From the NCBI GenBank assembly GCA_016182555.1, contig JACPGJ010000008.1, positions 455,411-519,410 of the forward strand: DNA of 64,000 nucleotides, in the 5' to 3' direction. Both the position numbers and the translations under genes were made by a program. The notes beneath the pieces were generated by a model, which was not told the DNA's origin, made no database searches, and saw nothing but the letters and a program-made list of their open reading frames with translations. Source of the stretch: Candidatus Kerfeldbacteria bacterium (GTDB lineage Bacteria > Patescibacteriota > Patescibacteriia > UBA9570 > XYC2-FULL-38-9). Positions within the stretch are counted from its first letter, which is position 1. Every line of letters begins with the position of its first letter. Below, piece after piece: positions 28,702 through 38,940 of the stretch.

Positions 28702-29304
28702 ATGAAAATTGTTCCTCCATCCATTCAACGACTCATTCGTGAATTCAACAAATTTCCGGGCATTGGTTCAAAAACGAGCGAACGCTTTGTTTTTCATTTA
28801 CTGAAACAACCGCGCACGGAAATTGAACAGCTGGCGCAAACGCTGCAAGATGTAAAAGTGAAAGTGCACTTCTGTAAAGAATGTTATACGTATACCGAAC
28901 AAGAGGTGTGCGAAATTTGCCGCAACCCGGAGCGGAACCGGGCATTTTTGTGCGTCGTCGCGGAGCCAAAAGATGTGTTGTCTATTGAACAAACCGGGCA
29001 GTTTGATGGCCGCTATCATGTGTTAGGTGGCGTGATCAACCACGCTGATGGCATTGGGCCAGAGCAGTTGCGCATGAATGAATTACTGGAGCGCGTGGAA
29101 CGTGAACATGTGCAAGAAGTGGTGATTGCGACCAATCCAGATATGGAAGGTGAAACCACGGCGGTCTATATTGCAAAACGTTTGGAAGGAAAACCGGTGA
29201 CGGTCACTCGTATTGCGCGTGGGCTACCAGTTGGTGCGGATATTGAATTTGCCGATGAAGTCACTTTAGGTAGTGCCATGAAAGCTCGCCAAAAAATTCT
29301 GTGA
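28702..29304 (+). CDS. recR: Recombination mediator RecR
   Basis: PGIGSKTSER, C4 zinc finger, YHVLGG, ATNPDMEGETT and RIARGLP motifs. Confidence 0.97.
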   Translation: MKIVPPSIQRLIREFNKFPGIGSKTSERFVFHLLKQPRTEIEQLAQTLQDVKVKVHFCKECYTYTEQEVCEICRNPERNRAFLCVVAEPKDVLSIEQTGQFDGRYHVLGGVINHADGIGPEQLRMNELLERVEREHVQEVVIATNPDMEGETTAVYIAKRLEGKPVTVTRIARGLPVGADIEFADEVTLGSAMKARQKIL

Positions 29305-29356
29305 TATGAGAATCTAAAAAACTCCGGTGATGACCGGAATTTTTTGTATCTCGCTA

Positions 29357-29674
29357 TTATGCAGAAATTTTAGTAATTTGGAGTTCAGTATATGGTTGAC
29401 GGTGGCCGTAGGTACGAGCGTAGCGAACTTTCGCTTTGAATTTCTTCACCATCACTTTGCGTGCTCTCCCCTGCTTGATAATTTTTGCCGTCACGGTTGC
29501 GCCATCCACCAGCGGACTGCCAATTTTGGCACTGCTGCCATCTTCTGCGCCAGTCATGAGGACTTCTTCAAAATTGATTGTCTCTTGTTCTTTGGCGTCC
29601 AATTTTTCTACCTGTAAAACATCTCCTTCTTTAACGAGATATTGTTTTCCGCCAGTCTTGATTACTGCCATCAT
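29357..29674 (-). CDS. rplU: 50S ribosomal protein L21
   Basis: AVIKTGGKQYLV...GHRQPYT. Confidence 0.96.
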   Translation of the reverse strand: MMAVIKTGGKQYLVKEGDVLQVEKLDAKEQETINFEEVLMTGAEDGSSAKIGSPLVDGATVTAKIIKQGRARKVMVKKFKAKVRYARTYGHRQPYTELQITKISA

Positions 29675-29917
29675 ATCGTTTTCCCTTGAAACTATTAATA
29701 AATGAATCGAATAATAGTGTACCAACTCTTGGGCAATGAGTCAAGCGCTGGTGGTTGCCATTTGACCAGGTAGTGACTGTGGATAACTATCTTGACCAAA
29801 TAGCCGAGTTTCAGTATAGTTTCGCAACTCTTGGGTTCAAATTCCTGTTTTTTTACTGTTTCCGAACCCAAAAAACCGCGGCACCACTTCGGTGCCAATG
29901 TGCTTGTGGAGGTTGTG

Positions 29918-30364
29918 ATGTCTCGCCATCTGTCCCGTGTTCGTTTTTCTACTCAGATGATTCTGGCTGGCATGATGCTGATTGCGGTACTCGCCGTGAC
30001 CTGTTTCCTCGTTCCGAATGCCCGAGCGGCCGGCTCGAGCTTCGTGATCGAAACCGCATTCGCCAGCCAGGTGCTTCCGGAAACCCTGCGCACTAACGTG
30101 ACGATTCCGGAAGGGTATCAATGCCAGGCAGGCACATTCGCGAACTACCTCGACGAGCAATCCGGTGAGACCTTCAACACCGCGCGCGTCGGTGGCTCGT
30201 TCGCATTCCTGCTCTCGACGCCCACCCCGGGGATGGTATACATCTGCGAATCCTTCCCCGACGGTTGGTACTACGGCGAGGACGGCTGGGAGTACTACGA
30301 CGATCCGGTGTTCTGCTATGGGCGGACATCGGGTCGTTCGTTGAGAACCCTCATCGGCGAATGA
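29918..30364 (+). CDS. GC-rich secreted hypothetical protein (probable start MSRHLS)
   Basis: GGAGG SD before ATG at 29918; signal peptide ending ARA; locally ~60% GC in a sampled line. Confidence 0.65.
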   Translation: MSRHLSRVRFSTQMILAGMMLIAVLAVTCFLVPNARAAGSSFVIETAFASQVLPETLRTNVTIPEGYQCQAGTFANYLDEQSGETFNTARVGGSFAFLLSTPTPGMVYICESFPDGWYYGEDGWEYYDDPVFCYGRTSGRSLRTLIGE

Positions 30365-30605
30365 TCGCAGACCCACCGCGCTGGAACCAGGTTCCGGCGC
30401 CGTTATCTCCTGCCCAGAAAAGGCGACCACACTATGCGCGTCAAAGGTCGCCACGTGCTCCTGCTCCATGCCCTTCTTCATTCCTCCTCGTACGACGTAC
30501 CTGTAATGGGCAACGTCAAACGAGCGTTCGATCAGTCGTTCCAACGGCAGACGAACAAAATGAAGCGGGGCTCTTTTTTTTACTTACCATTCAACATAAC
30601 AAACA

Positions 30606-31091
30606 CTACTCCGCATTCCCTATTTCCACACTATCGCCAACCTGTATATGATATCTATTCACATCTCCAGCATAAATTTCAATGACGCGGTTCACCGGCA
30701 TATTTGGATAATACACATGTAAATTCGCATCCGCCACACCAGGTTCGGACTGCACATTCGCAGTGATATCCACAATACGGTTTCCATCAATCCACAAAAA
30801 ATCTAACGGTATGAACGTATTCTTCATCCAAAAACCGGTGGTCTGTTTTCGTGGAAATTCAAACAACATGCCGTGGTGTAGCGGCAATGTGGTTCGGTTC
30901 TGCAACCCTTGTTCTCGCTCGGCATCTGAATCTGCAACTTCTAACATAAAATCCGCGTCTCCTAAACGCGCTTGTACAACCGTTTTTTCTTCCAACGCTT
31001 GTTGTGTGCGTTGTGTATGCAAATAGTACCGCACGCCGAGCACCGTTCCTGCGACCGCGGCCAACAAAAAAATGACCATTATTTTTCTCAT
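30606..31091 (-). CDS. DUF192 domain protein
   Basis: EVAD...REQGL, GMLFEF, FWMKNTFIPLD and VIEIYAG motifs. Confidence 0.88.
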   Translation of the reverse strand: MRKIMVIFLLAAVAGTVLGVRYYLHTQRTQQALEEKTVVQARLGDADFMLEVADSDAEREQGLQNRTTLPLHHGMLFEFPRKQTTGFWMKNTFIPLDFLWIDGNRIVDITANVQSEPGVADANLHVYYPNMPVNRVIEIYAGDVNRYHIQVGDSVEIGNAE

Positions 31092-32167
31092 ATACTTTTT
31101 CGGCGATAGGCACGTACCACAATAGCAGCGACAACAACCATGACGAAAACCAACACACCCATCGCGACAATTTTTTGTTTTGATTCCAAAAATAACGATA
31201 TGGTTCCAAACACCGCTGTTAATGTATATAACACTAATACTGCTTGCCGTTGCGACAAACCAATGTCCACCAAACGAAAATGCAAATGTTTTCGATCAGC
31301 AGCAAACGGTGAACGTTTTTCAAAAAACAACCGGCGCACAATAATCCACGCAACATCTAAAATCGGGATGCCCATAATCAACAACGCAGTCGCGATTTTT
31401 CCGCCAGAAATAATGGAAAGCACGCCTAACATAAAACCAGGATACAACGAACCGGCTTCACCCAAAAATATTTTTGCTGGGTGAAAATTCAATACCAAAA
31501 ATCCAGCAAAGGCGCAGCCAACAATAAACGCAATACCCGCGGTTTCCGGTTGATACACTTCCTGCGACAAGCTCAACCAAAACAAAATGAACATGCCGAT
31601 CACCGTAATCCCTGAAACCAACCCATCTAATCCATCTAAAAATTTGGTGGTATACATCATGCCCAATAACCACACAACGGTAAACACATCACTGAATACA
31701 GTGATCGAATACGGCAATCCGTTGATACGGAACAGGGTAATATCTACCACATCCAATCGCCAAATGCCGCCCAACGGGTTGGTAACATAATCAATTCCTA
31801 CTCCAGAAGCCACGATCACGACCACTGCAAGAACGGGCGCAATCACTTGATAGCGCGGCGGTAAATTATACCGATCATCCAGCCCTCCACCAATGCCAAT
31901 AATCAAACCGCCTAACAACACGCCGGCCAGATGTTTCCACAATAAATACCCGTGCACTAGCCAGGGCGATGCCACCAGCAACCCAATACTACAAGCGACA
32001 ATCACCGCCATGCCGCCAAGTAATGGTGTCGAGCGCGCATGCTGCTTTCGTTCATGCGTTGGTTCATCAATAATATGTTTCGCTAACGCAAAACGCCGTA
32101 CGAGTATAGTGAATACAACCGAAAGAAAAAATGTGCTGATTCCAATAATGAGTATATCTGTACTCAA
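31088..32167 (-). CDS. MraY/WecA-family polyprenyl-phosphate GlcNAc-1-P transferase
   Basis: PLLGG, LDD, DGLDGL, NFHPAKIFLGEAG and DRKHLHFRL motifs. Confidence 0.9.
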   Translation of the reverse strand: MSTDILIIGISTFFLSVVFTILVRRFALAKHIIDEPTHERKQHARSTPLLGGMAVIVACSIGLLVASPWLVHGYLLWKHLAGVLLGGLIIGIGGGLDDRYNLPPRYQVIAPVLAVVVIVASGVGIDYVTNPLGGIWRLDVVDITLFRINGLPYSITVFSDVFTVVWLLGMMYTTKFLDGLDGLVSGITVIGMFILFWLSLSQEVYQPETAGIAFIVGCAFAGFLVLNFHPAKIFLGEAGSLYPGFMLGVLSIISGGKIATALLIMGIPILDVAWIIVRRLFFEKRSPFAADRKHLHFRLVDIGLSQRQAVLVLYTLTAVFGTISLFLESKQKIVAMGVLVFVMVVVAAIVVRAYRRKSI

Positions 32168-32178
32168 GGTCGCAAAAA

Positions 32179-32577
32179 TTAATGACTCGAATGTTCATCC
32201 AAAAAATTCTGCAACATAATCTGTGCGGCAACGGCATCGCGGTCTTCATTTTTCACGCCTTGCAATAATTTCTTTGCCATCTCCGTGGTTAAACGTTCAT
32301 CAATCGTTTGTACGGGCACCGATACATGATTGCGTAATTTTTCAATAAACCGATTCACATGCTCGGTCATTTCCGTTGGTTCACCGCTCATATTTATTGG
32401 CAATCCCACAACCACTGATTCGACCTGATCTTCTTCAATGATCTGTTTAATACGGTCAATCACCTCTGGTTGGCTCGACAATGAAATACTTCCTTTCAAT
32501 ACGGCAAGACGACCTTCTGGATCAGAAATGGCAAGACCAGTGCGTTTTGAACCGTAATCAATTCCTAAGTATCGCAT
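32179..32577 (-). CDS. ruvX: RuvX/YqgF resolvase-like nuclease
   Basis: LGIDYGSKRTGLA, VVGLP, DERLTT and DAVAA motifs. Confidence 0.93.
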   Translation of the reverse strand: MRYLGIDYGSKRTGLAISDPEGRLAVLKGSISLSSQPEVIDRIKQIIEEDQVESVVVGLPINMSGEPTEMTEHVNRFIEKLRNHVSVPVQTIDERLTTEMAKKLLQGVKNEDRDAVAAQIMLQNFLDEHSSH

Positions 32578-32580
32578 ACA

Positions 32581-33327
32581 TTATTGTTGAGTCAGTATTT
32601 CTGGACCGCGTTCTGTAATCACGATCGTATCTTCAAAATGTGCGGATAGTGTACCATCGAAGGTGCGAACCGTCCACCCATCATCTTCAAAAACAACACG
32701 AGCGCTGCCAATATTCACCATAGGCTCAATAGCCAATACCATCCCCGCTGCTAACCGAGGACCCGTATGTGGTTGCCCATAATTTGGTACCTGCGGTTCT
32801 TCGTGCACATCTTCGCCAACGCCGTGCCCCACCAATACACGCACCACACTAAAATTCTCCGCTTCCACATAAGTTTGAATTGCTGCACCAATATCACCAA
32901 TAGTATTGTCTGGTACTAATTCTTGCACACCTAAACGTAGAGATTCCTCCGTAATGCGAATCAATTTTTGAGCCTCCGCAGTAATAATGCCCACCGGAAT
33001 TGTACGCGCCATATCGGTACAAAAACCCTTGAAACGAACGCCGCAGTCTAAACTCAATATATCTCCTTCTGCAATTACCCGCTTCCCCGGAATGGCATGC
33101 ACCACTTCATCATTGATCGACGTGCAGATGGATTTTGGATATCCACGATAACCTAAAAAAGAAGATTCTGCACCGTGTTGTTGAATCGTTTTAACAAATA
33201 GTGCATCCAAATCATTCGTGGTCATCCCAGGACGAACAGCATCAATCAACACCGCCATGGCGTTAGCTAAAATTTTTCCACCTTCGCGCAATGCTTGAAT
33301 TTGTTTGGGTGTTTTAATCAAAGCCAT
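32581..33327 (-). CDS. map: Type I methionine aminopeptidase (start MALIKT)
   Basis: CTSINDEVVHAIP, GHGVG..VHEEP, AIEPM and SAHFEDT motifs. Confidence 0.96.
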   Translation of the reverse strand: MALIKTPKQIQALREGGKILANAMAVLIDAVRPGMTTNDLDALFVKTIQQHGAESSFLGYRGYPKSICTSINDEVVHAIPGKRVIAEGDILSLDCGVRFKGFCTDMARTIPVGIITAEAQKLIRITEESLRLGVQELVPDNTIGDIGAAIQTYVEAENFSVVRVLVGHGVGEDVHEEPQVPNYGQPHTGPRLAAGMVLAIEPMVNIGSARVVFEDDGWTVRTFDGTLSAHFEDTIVITERGPEILTQQ

Positions 33328-33337
33328 ACACGGGCGG

Positions 33338-33982
33338 TTATGCCAATGCAGCAAGCACCCGTTGCCAAACATCGTCAATACTTCCAACGCCATCAATACG
33401 GTGCAATACACCGCGCTGTTCATATCTGGCCAGCAGTGGTTCGGTTTCTTGGTGATAAATCGTTAACCGTTGTTTAATGCCTTCCGGTGTATCGTCTGGG
33501 CGTTGAATCAATTCGCGCCCACACACATCGCAGCGGTTTGCTGATTTTGGCGGTTTGAATTCTAAATGATAGGTGATATTGCAATTGGTACATGAACGTC
33601 TTTGCGACAAACGCCGTATGGATTCGCTTTCTGGAATATCAATCAACAGTGCATGCGTTACCGTCGCCATAGCATCCATCGCATTCGCTTGATCTTCATT
33701 ACGTGGGTAACCATCAATAACAAACCCATTCACAGCATCTTCTTTTTCTAATTCTTTTTTCACTACCCAATTCGTCAATTCATTTGGCATCAATTTGCCG
33801 GCGTTGTAAATTTCTTCAATTTGCTGGCCAATTTCAGACTGTTGAGCAATCTCTTGCCGGAAAATATTACCTGGGTAAATATGTGGAATACCAAAAAAAG
33901 CACTCAACCGTTCGGCTTGCGTCCCCTTGCCAGATCCTTGTGGCCCAAATAAGATAATTTTTTTTGGGTCGCTCTCTGGCAT
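33338..33982 (-). CDS. adk: Adenylate kinase (zinc-lid type; start MPESDP)
   Basis: GPQGSGKGTQ, DGYPR and a CxxC...CxxC lid. Confidence 0.95.
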   Translation of the reverse strand: MPESDPKKIILFGPQGSGKGTQAERLSAFFGIPHIYPGNIFRQEIAQQSEIGQQIEEIYNAGKLMPNELTNWVVKKELEKEDAVNGFVIDGYPRNEDQANAMDAMATVTHALLIDIPESESIRRLSQRRSCTNCNITYHLEFKPPKSANRCDVCGRELIQRPDDTPEGIKQRLTIYHQETEPLLARYEQRGVLHRIDGVGSIDDVWQRVLAALA

Positions 33983-33983
33983 A

Positions 33984-35258
33984 TTAAAATTGTTCGTAAT
34001 CACGAAGAGTGAGTTGCGCTTCAATCTGTTTCACGGTTTCGAGAGCCACAGAAACAACGATCAATAAACTGGTACCACCGATGGCAAAATTTTGTAAACC
34101 GCCACTAGCAAATGCTTGTAAAATAAGTGGTAATACCGCAATGATTCCTAAAAATAACGCACCAGTTAATAAAATACGGTTCGATGTTTGGTGCAAATAA
34201 TCAGCCGTGGCTTTGCCAGGACGAACACCGGGAATAAAACTACCACCACGTTGTAAATTTTCTGCAATGCGGTCAGGGTGAAAAACAACAGCAGTATAAA
34301 AATAGGTAAAGGCGACCACCAATACAAAATAGATAATGCCATAAATAAGCTGATTGGCAAATGCAGCGATAACACGATCTAAAAACCCATTTAAATGAGG
34401 GATATTATACGGCTTCAAATATTGTGCAATTAATGAGGGAGCCAACACCAATGAAACTGCAAAAATAATGGGAATGACACCGGCTTGGTTAATACGCATG
34501 GGTAAATGACTTTGTTGCCCCGAAGTGGTGTGGTGCCGCGCGTGAGAAATAGGAATATTGCGCTGGCCTTCGGTGATAAAAACCACTCCAATAATGGTAA
34601 TAAACCCAACAAGTAAAAAACCGAGCAATGATGGTAATTGAGAAGAATCAAAGGTGACAAAAACTTGTTGAATATTGGAAGGAAGCCCGGCAATAATACC
34701 CGCAAAAATAATCAGTGATACACCATTACCCACATGTTTTTCAGAGATCAGCTCACCCAACCACATGAGAAAAATAGAACCCGCCGTCACTACGGTGATT
34801 GCAACCACCCAATCAAACACACTCATACCGTTCGATAAAATACTACCACCAGAAGCATTCTGGAGCAGGGTAATCGTGCCGTATCCTTGCAACGCTGCAA
34901 GTGGAACGGCAAGCAAGCGTGTATATTGATTGATCCGTTGCTGACCAGAAGCTCCTTCTTTCGCCATCTCTTCCATTTTCGGAACAATCATCTGTAATAA
35001 TTGGAAAATAATGGATGCCGTGATATATGGCCCCACGCCTAACATGACAATAGAAAAATTTTCCAACGCGCCTCCGGAAAAAATATTTAAAAACCCAAGA
35101 AATTGATTCTGGGAAAACAATGATTCCAGAGCACCGGTATTAACGCCCGGAATAGGAATATGCGCCGCAATACGAAAAATACACAGCAGCATCAAAACAA
35201 TTGCAATCGTTTTGCGCAATTCTTTTGTTTTCCAAATTTTTTTCACCACGTTGTTCAT
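33984..35258 (-). CDS. secY: Preprotein translocase subunit SecY
   Basis: LGVGPYITASII, WLGELISE, IPGVRPG and GGTSLLIVV motifs. Confidence 0.97.
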   Translation of the reverse strand: MNNVVKKIWKTKELRKTIAIVLMLLCIFRIAAHIPIPGVNTGALESLFSQNQFLGFLNIFSGGALENFSIVMLGVGPYITASIIFQLLQMIVPKMEEMAKEGASGQQRINQYTRLLAVPLAALQGYGTITLLQNASGGSILSNGMSVFDWVVAITVVTAGSIFLMWLGELISEKHVGNGVSLIIFAGIIAGLPSNIQQVFVTFDSSQLPSLLGFLLVGFITIIGVVFITEGQRNIPISHARHHTTSGQQSHLPMRINQAGVIPIIFAVSLVLAPSLIAQYLKPYNIPHLNGFLDRVIAAFANQLIYGIIYFVLVVAFTYFYTAVVFHPDRIAENLQRGGSFIPGVRPGKATADYLHQTSNRILLTGALFLGIIAVLPLILQAFASGGLQNFAIGGTSLLIVVSVALETVKQIEAQLTLRDYEQF

Positions 35259-35283
35259 TGATCTTCTCCTCCTCACTCAATGG

Positions 35284-35781
35284 TTATTTTTTTGTTGTGA
35301 CTACTTTTTTCTTACCGCGAGATTTGATTGATTTTTTGGTCGGGTGAAGCACTGCTTCAAATGATCCTTTCGCATGAATAATGGCAGTTTGAGCAGTTGC
35401 AGATGCGGCGTGTACACGAACGGTTAAAGCTTTTTTGAGTTTACCGGTCGACAATATTTTCACTGGCGCTTCAATCGTTTGAATCAATCCTTTTGCAAGC
35501 AACGCAGCGGAATCGACCACGGCACCATTTTCAAAATGTTTTTCTAATTGTTTTAAGCTGACCACTTGGGTGCTGCCCGCTAATGAACGAAAACCTCGGG
35601 TTTTCGGCAATGCCATAATACTCTGTTTCAACCCACGCAATTTCAAACCACTGCGGCCACCAGAACGTGCACGTTGTCCTTTCAAACCACGGCCTGCATA
35701 ATTTCCTTTCGAAGCATTACCACGACCATAGCGTTTGCGTTTTTTTCCGTGAGCTTTGGGGAGTGAGTGTAGAGTCAACAT
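35284..35781 (-). CDS. rplO: 50S ribosomal protein L15
   Basis: GRG...GRGLKGQRARSG motif; position in the spc operon. Confidence 0.95.
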   Translation of the reverse strand: MLTLHSLPKAHGKKRKRYGRGNASKGNYAGRGLKGQRARSGGRSGLKLRGLKQSIMALPKTRGFRSLAGSTQVVSLKQLEKHFENGAVVDSAALLAKGLIQTIEAPVKILSTGKLKKALTVRVHAASATAQTAIIHAKGSFEAVLHPTKKSIKSRGKKKVVTTKK

Positions 35782-35782
35782 A

Positions 35783-36460
35783 TTATTGATGTGCTTTTAT
35801 CTTTTGAATATCCTCGCCTGTAGAGAGGCTGCGCAGCGCTTCTAACACGGCACTGACATTACTAATTTTATTCTTTGAACCTTGCATTTTCGCTACAATA
35901 TTTTTAATACCGGTCAATTCCATCACCACACGAGTTGGACCACCAGCGATGACGCCAATACCTGGTTTTGCCGGTTTCAATAATATTTGCGCTCCTTTAA
36001 ATTTCTGTGTCACTTGGTGCGGAATCGTACCATTCATGAGCCGTACATGAATCAAATGCTTTTTGGCTTGCTCGGTGGCTTTTGCGACTGCTAATTGAAC
36101 ATCTGCGCCTTTCATCACCCCCATACCAACACGACCTTTTTTGTCGCCCACCAACACACAAGCGCGGAAACTCATACGTTTGCCACCAGCCATAACGCGG
36201 GTGACGCGAGCCAAATCAATAATCGTAGATTCAAATTCATCTTTCTGGCGGTCATCACCTTTTCGACCCCGCCCTCTTCCACCACGGCCTCCGCGACCAC
36301 CTTGGTTATTGCCACCACGTCCGCCTTGTCCTCCACCATAACCACCACGACCACCCGAGCGTTCATTCCGTCGGTTCGGTGATGCTACCGGTGCAGCAGA
36401 AATTGGAGCTGGTGTTGTATCCATATTTGGTGTTGCTGATAATGCTTCTGGTTGTGTCAT
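35783..36460 (-). CDS. rpsE: 30S ribosomal protein S5 (RGG-rich N-terminal extension)
   Basis: RVTRVMAGGKRMSF and GVIAGG motifs. Confidence 0.96.
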   Translation of the reverse strand: MTQPEALSATPNMDTTPAPISAAPVASPNRRNERSGGRGGYGGGQGGRGGNNQGGRGGRGGRGRGRKGDDRQKDEFESTIIDLARVTRVMAGGKRMSFRACVLVGDKKGRVGMGVMKGADVQLAVAKATEQAKKHLIHVRLMNGTIPHQVTQKFKGAQILLKPAKPGIGVIAGGPTRVVMELTGIKNIVAKMQGSKNKISNVSAVLEALRSLSTGEDIQKIKAHQ

Positions 36461-36483
36461 ACAATGATTCGTTCTCGTAATTA

Positions 36484-36831
36484 TTAAAATTGCAATCCAG
36501 CTGCGCGTGCGCCTTCTGCCACTGCTTTCACTCGACCATGATAGCGAAATGCACCACGATCGAAAATCACTGCTTCAACCCCCTTTGCCTTCGCCTGTTC
36601 TGCAATCAAGGTACCAACGGCCGTTGCGCGCTGCGATTTTGCACCAGGAATTTTCTTATCATCAGCGAATGCTAACGTTGTGCCTGCATCATCATTAATC
36701 AACTGCGCGCTAATGTGTTTCAGTGTACGGTGAACAGACAGCCGTGGACGTGTTGCGGTGCCATGGATGCGCGCACGGGTGCGGTGTGCTCGGCGTGCGT
36801 TTGCTAATTGTTTCGTTTTTGCGGTATTCAT
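36484..36831 (-). CDS. rplR: 50S ribosomal protein L18
   Basis: RPRLSVHR and FDRGAFRYHGRVKA motifs. Confidence 0.96.
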   Translation of the reverse strand: MNTAKTKQLANARRAHRTRARIHGTATRPRLSVHRTLKHISAQLINDDAGTTLAFADDKKIPGAKSQRATAVGTLIAEQAKAKGVEAVIFDRGAFRYHGRVKAVAEGARAAGLQF

Positions 36832-36860
36832 AGTATGTACTGATTCATCTTATCATGTAT

Positions 36861-37412
36861 TTATCCCTTATCACCAGCGGCTTGTTTCCCAGCCTTACGT
36901 CGGATCTGCTCATCAGCATATTTAATCCCCTTCCCTTTATATGGTTCGGGTAATCTGATTTTGCGAATATTGGCAGCAAGTTCACCAACTAACTGTTTAT
37001 CAATACCGGCAAGTGTGAGTACGTTACCTTCGACACTGGCGGTGATACCCTCTGGTAATTCCACCACTACCGGGTGCGAATATCCACATTTAATAGTGAG
37101 ATTCTTGCCAGCGACATTCCATCCATATCCCACGCCATTGATCTCTAACTTTTTCTCATAGCCGGCCGAAACACCAGTAATCATATTTTTCATCAGCGAG
37201 ACAAAGGTGCCCCATACTGCGGACTGTTTTTTCACTTCCGGTTTTTCAACACTCACCAACACACCATCCGGCCCAATATTCATGGAGACTACCGGGTGAA
37301 TCGCGTGCTGCAATGTTCCTTTTGATCCTTTAACGGTCACCACGCCGGCATCCACAGTGACGGTCACGGATTCTGGAATAATAATGGCTCGTTTTCCTGC
37401 TCGTATAGACAT
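36861..37412 (-). CDS. rplF: 50S ribosomal protein L6 (start MSIRAG)
   Basis: PEPYKGKGIKY motif. Confidence 0.96.
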   Translation of the reverse strand: MSIRAGKRAIIIPESVTVTVDAGVVTVKGSKGTLQHAIHPVVSMNIGPDGVLVSVEKPEVKKQSAVWGTFVSLMKNMITGVSAGYEKKLEINGVGYGWNVAGKNLTIKCGYSHPVVVELPEGITASVEGNVLTLAGIDKQLVGELAANIRKIRLPEPYKGKGIKYADEQIRRKAGKQAAGDKG

Positions 37413-37416
37413 AGAA

Positions 37417-37806
37417 TTAAAAAATTTCGCAAATAACTTCTCCACCAATTTTCTCTGTTCGGGCTTGCGTATTGGTCATGAGCCCTCGAGAAGTAGAGAT
37501 AATGGCTAACCCAAGGTTATCAAAGACATACGGCAACTTCTTGAAACCAACATACACACGGCGCCCAGGGGTGCTAATACGTTTAATCACCTGAATGGCT
37601 GGACGTTTATTGAGGTACTTTAACTCAATCTGTAATACGGGGAATCGTTCATTTTTCAGCACATTCACGCTTTTTACATACCCTTCAGCTAATAAAATAT
37701 CGGCCAGCTGATGCTTCATTTTTGAGTATGGCAACGTCACCTCGGTTTTATCAACCGCCTGAGCGTTACGTATGCGTGTTAACATGTCTGCAATTGGGTC
37801 TGTCAT
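37417..37806 (-). CDS. rpsH: 30S ribosomal protein S8
   Basis: MTDPIADMLTRIRNA. Confidence 0.97.
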   Translation of the reverse strand: MTDPIADMLTRIRNAQAVDKTEVTLPYSKMKHQLADILLAEGYVKSVNVLKNERFPVLQIELKYLNKRPAIQVIKRISTPGRRVYVGFKKLPYVFDNLGLAIISTSRGLMTNTQARTEKIGGEVICEIF

Positions 37807-37829
37807 ATATCTATAATCATTTTATCGAT

Positions 37830-38024
37830 TTACCAGCTGGATTTCCGTATTCCTGGAATATCCCCTTTACTCGCCAGTTCGCGGAAGCAGATACGGCATA
37901 GTTCAAAATCGCGCATATATCCATGGCCGCGGCCGCACTTCCAGCAGCGTCGGTTCACCCGCGTAGAAAATTTTGCTTTCACTCGCGAGCGTCGTGATTT
38001 CACAATTTGGGATGTTTTTGCCAT
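37830..38024 (-). CDS. rpsZ: 30S ribosomal protein S14, zinc-binding type Z
   Basis: RCWKCGR...LCRICFR. Confidence 0.93.
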   Translation of the reverse strand: MAKTSQIVKSRRSRVKAKFSTRVNRRCWKCGRGHGYMRDFELCRICFRELASKGDIPGIRKSSW

Positions 38025-38034
38025 AGGTCGTCAA

Positions 38035-38601
38035 CTATCGTTTCTTAGATTCTTTTGGTTCCTCTTTCTCGAATGGGAAACCGATAAGCGTGAGAAGCGC
38101 GCGACCGTGCTCATCATTCTGTGCCGAGGTCACCACATTAATTTCCATTCCCACAATCTTTTCAATTTCATCTGAAGCAATTTCTGGGAAGACAATGTGT
38201 TCATTGAAACCTAAGGAATAATTGCCTTTACCATCAAATCCCGTGCGTGGAATACCGCGGAAATCGCGCACGCGAGGCAAAGCCACATTAATCAACTTAT
38301 CCAGAAAGGCATACATACGTTCACCGCGCAGAGTAACTTTTGCACCAACCACCATCCCTTTACGAATTTTGAAATTCGAAATAGACTTCTTCGCCAAGGT
38401 CTTCACTGGCTGCTGGCCAGTAATACGCGACAACACACTCACCGCTGCTTCAACAAAATCTGAATCCTGAATGGACTTTCCTAAACCAGCATTCACCACT
38501 ATTTTTTGAATGCGTGGGACAGCGTGCACGTTGACAATACCCAATTGTTCTTTCAGTTTGGGTAGCACCTCTTTCTGATATTTTTCTTCAAGTCTATTCA
38601 T
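38035..38601 (-). CDS. rplE: 50S ribosomal protein L5 (start MNRLEE)
   Basis: ITGQQP, LPRVRDFRG and FDGKGNY motifs. Confidence 0.96.
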   Translation of the reverse strand: MNRLEEKYQKEVLPKLKEQLGIVNVHAVPRIQKIVVNAGLGKSIQDSDFVEAAVSVLSRITGQQPVKTLAKKSISNFKIRKGMVVGAKVTLRGERMYAFLDKLINVALPRVRDFRGIPRTGFDGKGNYSLGFNEHIVFPEIASDEIEKIVGMEINVVTSAQNDEHGRALLTLIGFPFEKEEPKESKKR

Positions 38602-38602
38602 A

Positions 38603-38935
38603 TTAAAATGTTTCATTACATTTTTTACATTGGCGGTGTTTTTGCCGCGTCCCATCTTCTCCAACCGTCAACTGGTATGCAACACGGGTCGGCTTGCTAC
38701 ATTTTGGGCATACCAATGCCACTTTCGAAATGTGAATTGGAGCAAAAAAATCTAACCGTTGACCTTTTTCATCACGCCGTTGTGATTTCAGGTGACGAAT
38801 CGTTTTATTCACACCGTCTACCACAATCTTTTGTAAACTTGGAAACACTTGAGATACCGTACCGGTTTTTCCTGCATCTTTCCCGCGTAATATTTTGACT
38901 GTATCTCCAGTTTTGATTTTTAACTGTGTGTTCAT
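38603..38935 (-). CDS. rplX: 50S ribosomal protein L24
   Basis: KOW motif IKTGDTVKILRGKDAGK. Confidence 0.95.
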   Translation of the reverse strand: MNTQLKIKTGDTVKILRGKDAGKTGTVSQVFPSLQKIVVDGVNKTIRHLKSQRRDEKGQRLDFFAPIHISKVALVCPKCSKPTRVAYQLTVGEDGTRQKHRQCKKCNETF

Positions 38936-38940
38936 AAGCG

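Noticed and set aside
29837-30685. Antisense and overlapping ORFs 29837..30544 (-), 30265..30651 (+) and 30434..30685 (+)
   Set aside because: Long open frames are expected in GC-rich DNA. The + strand ORF at 29918 has the promoter, SD and signal peptide, and the downstream region looks like structured RNA.
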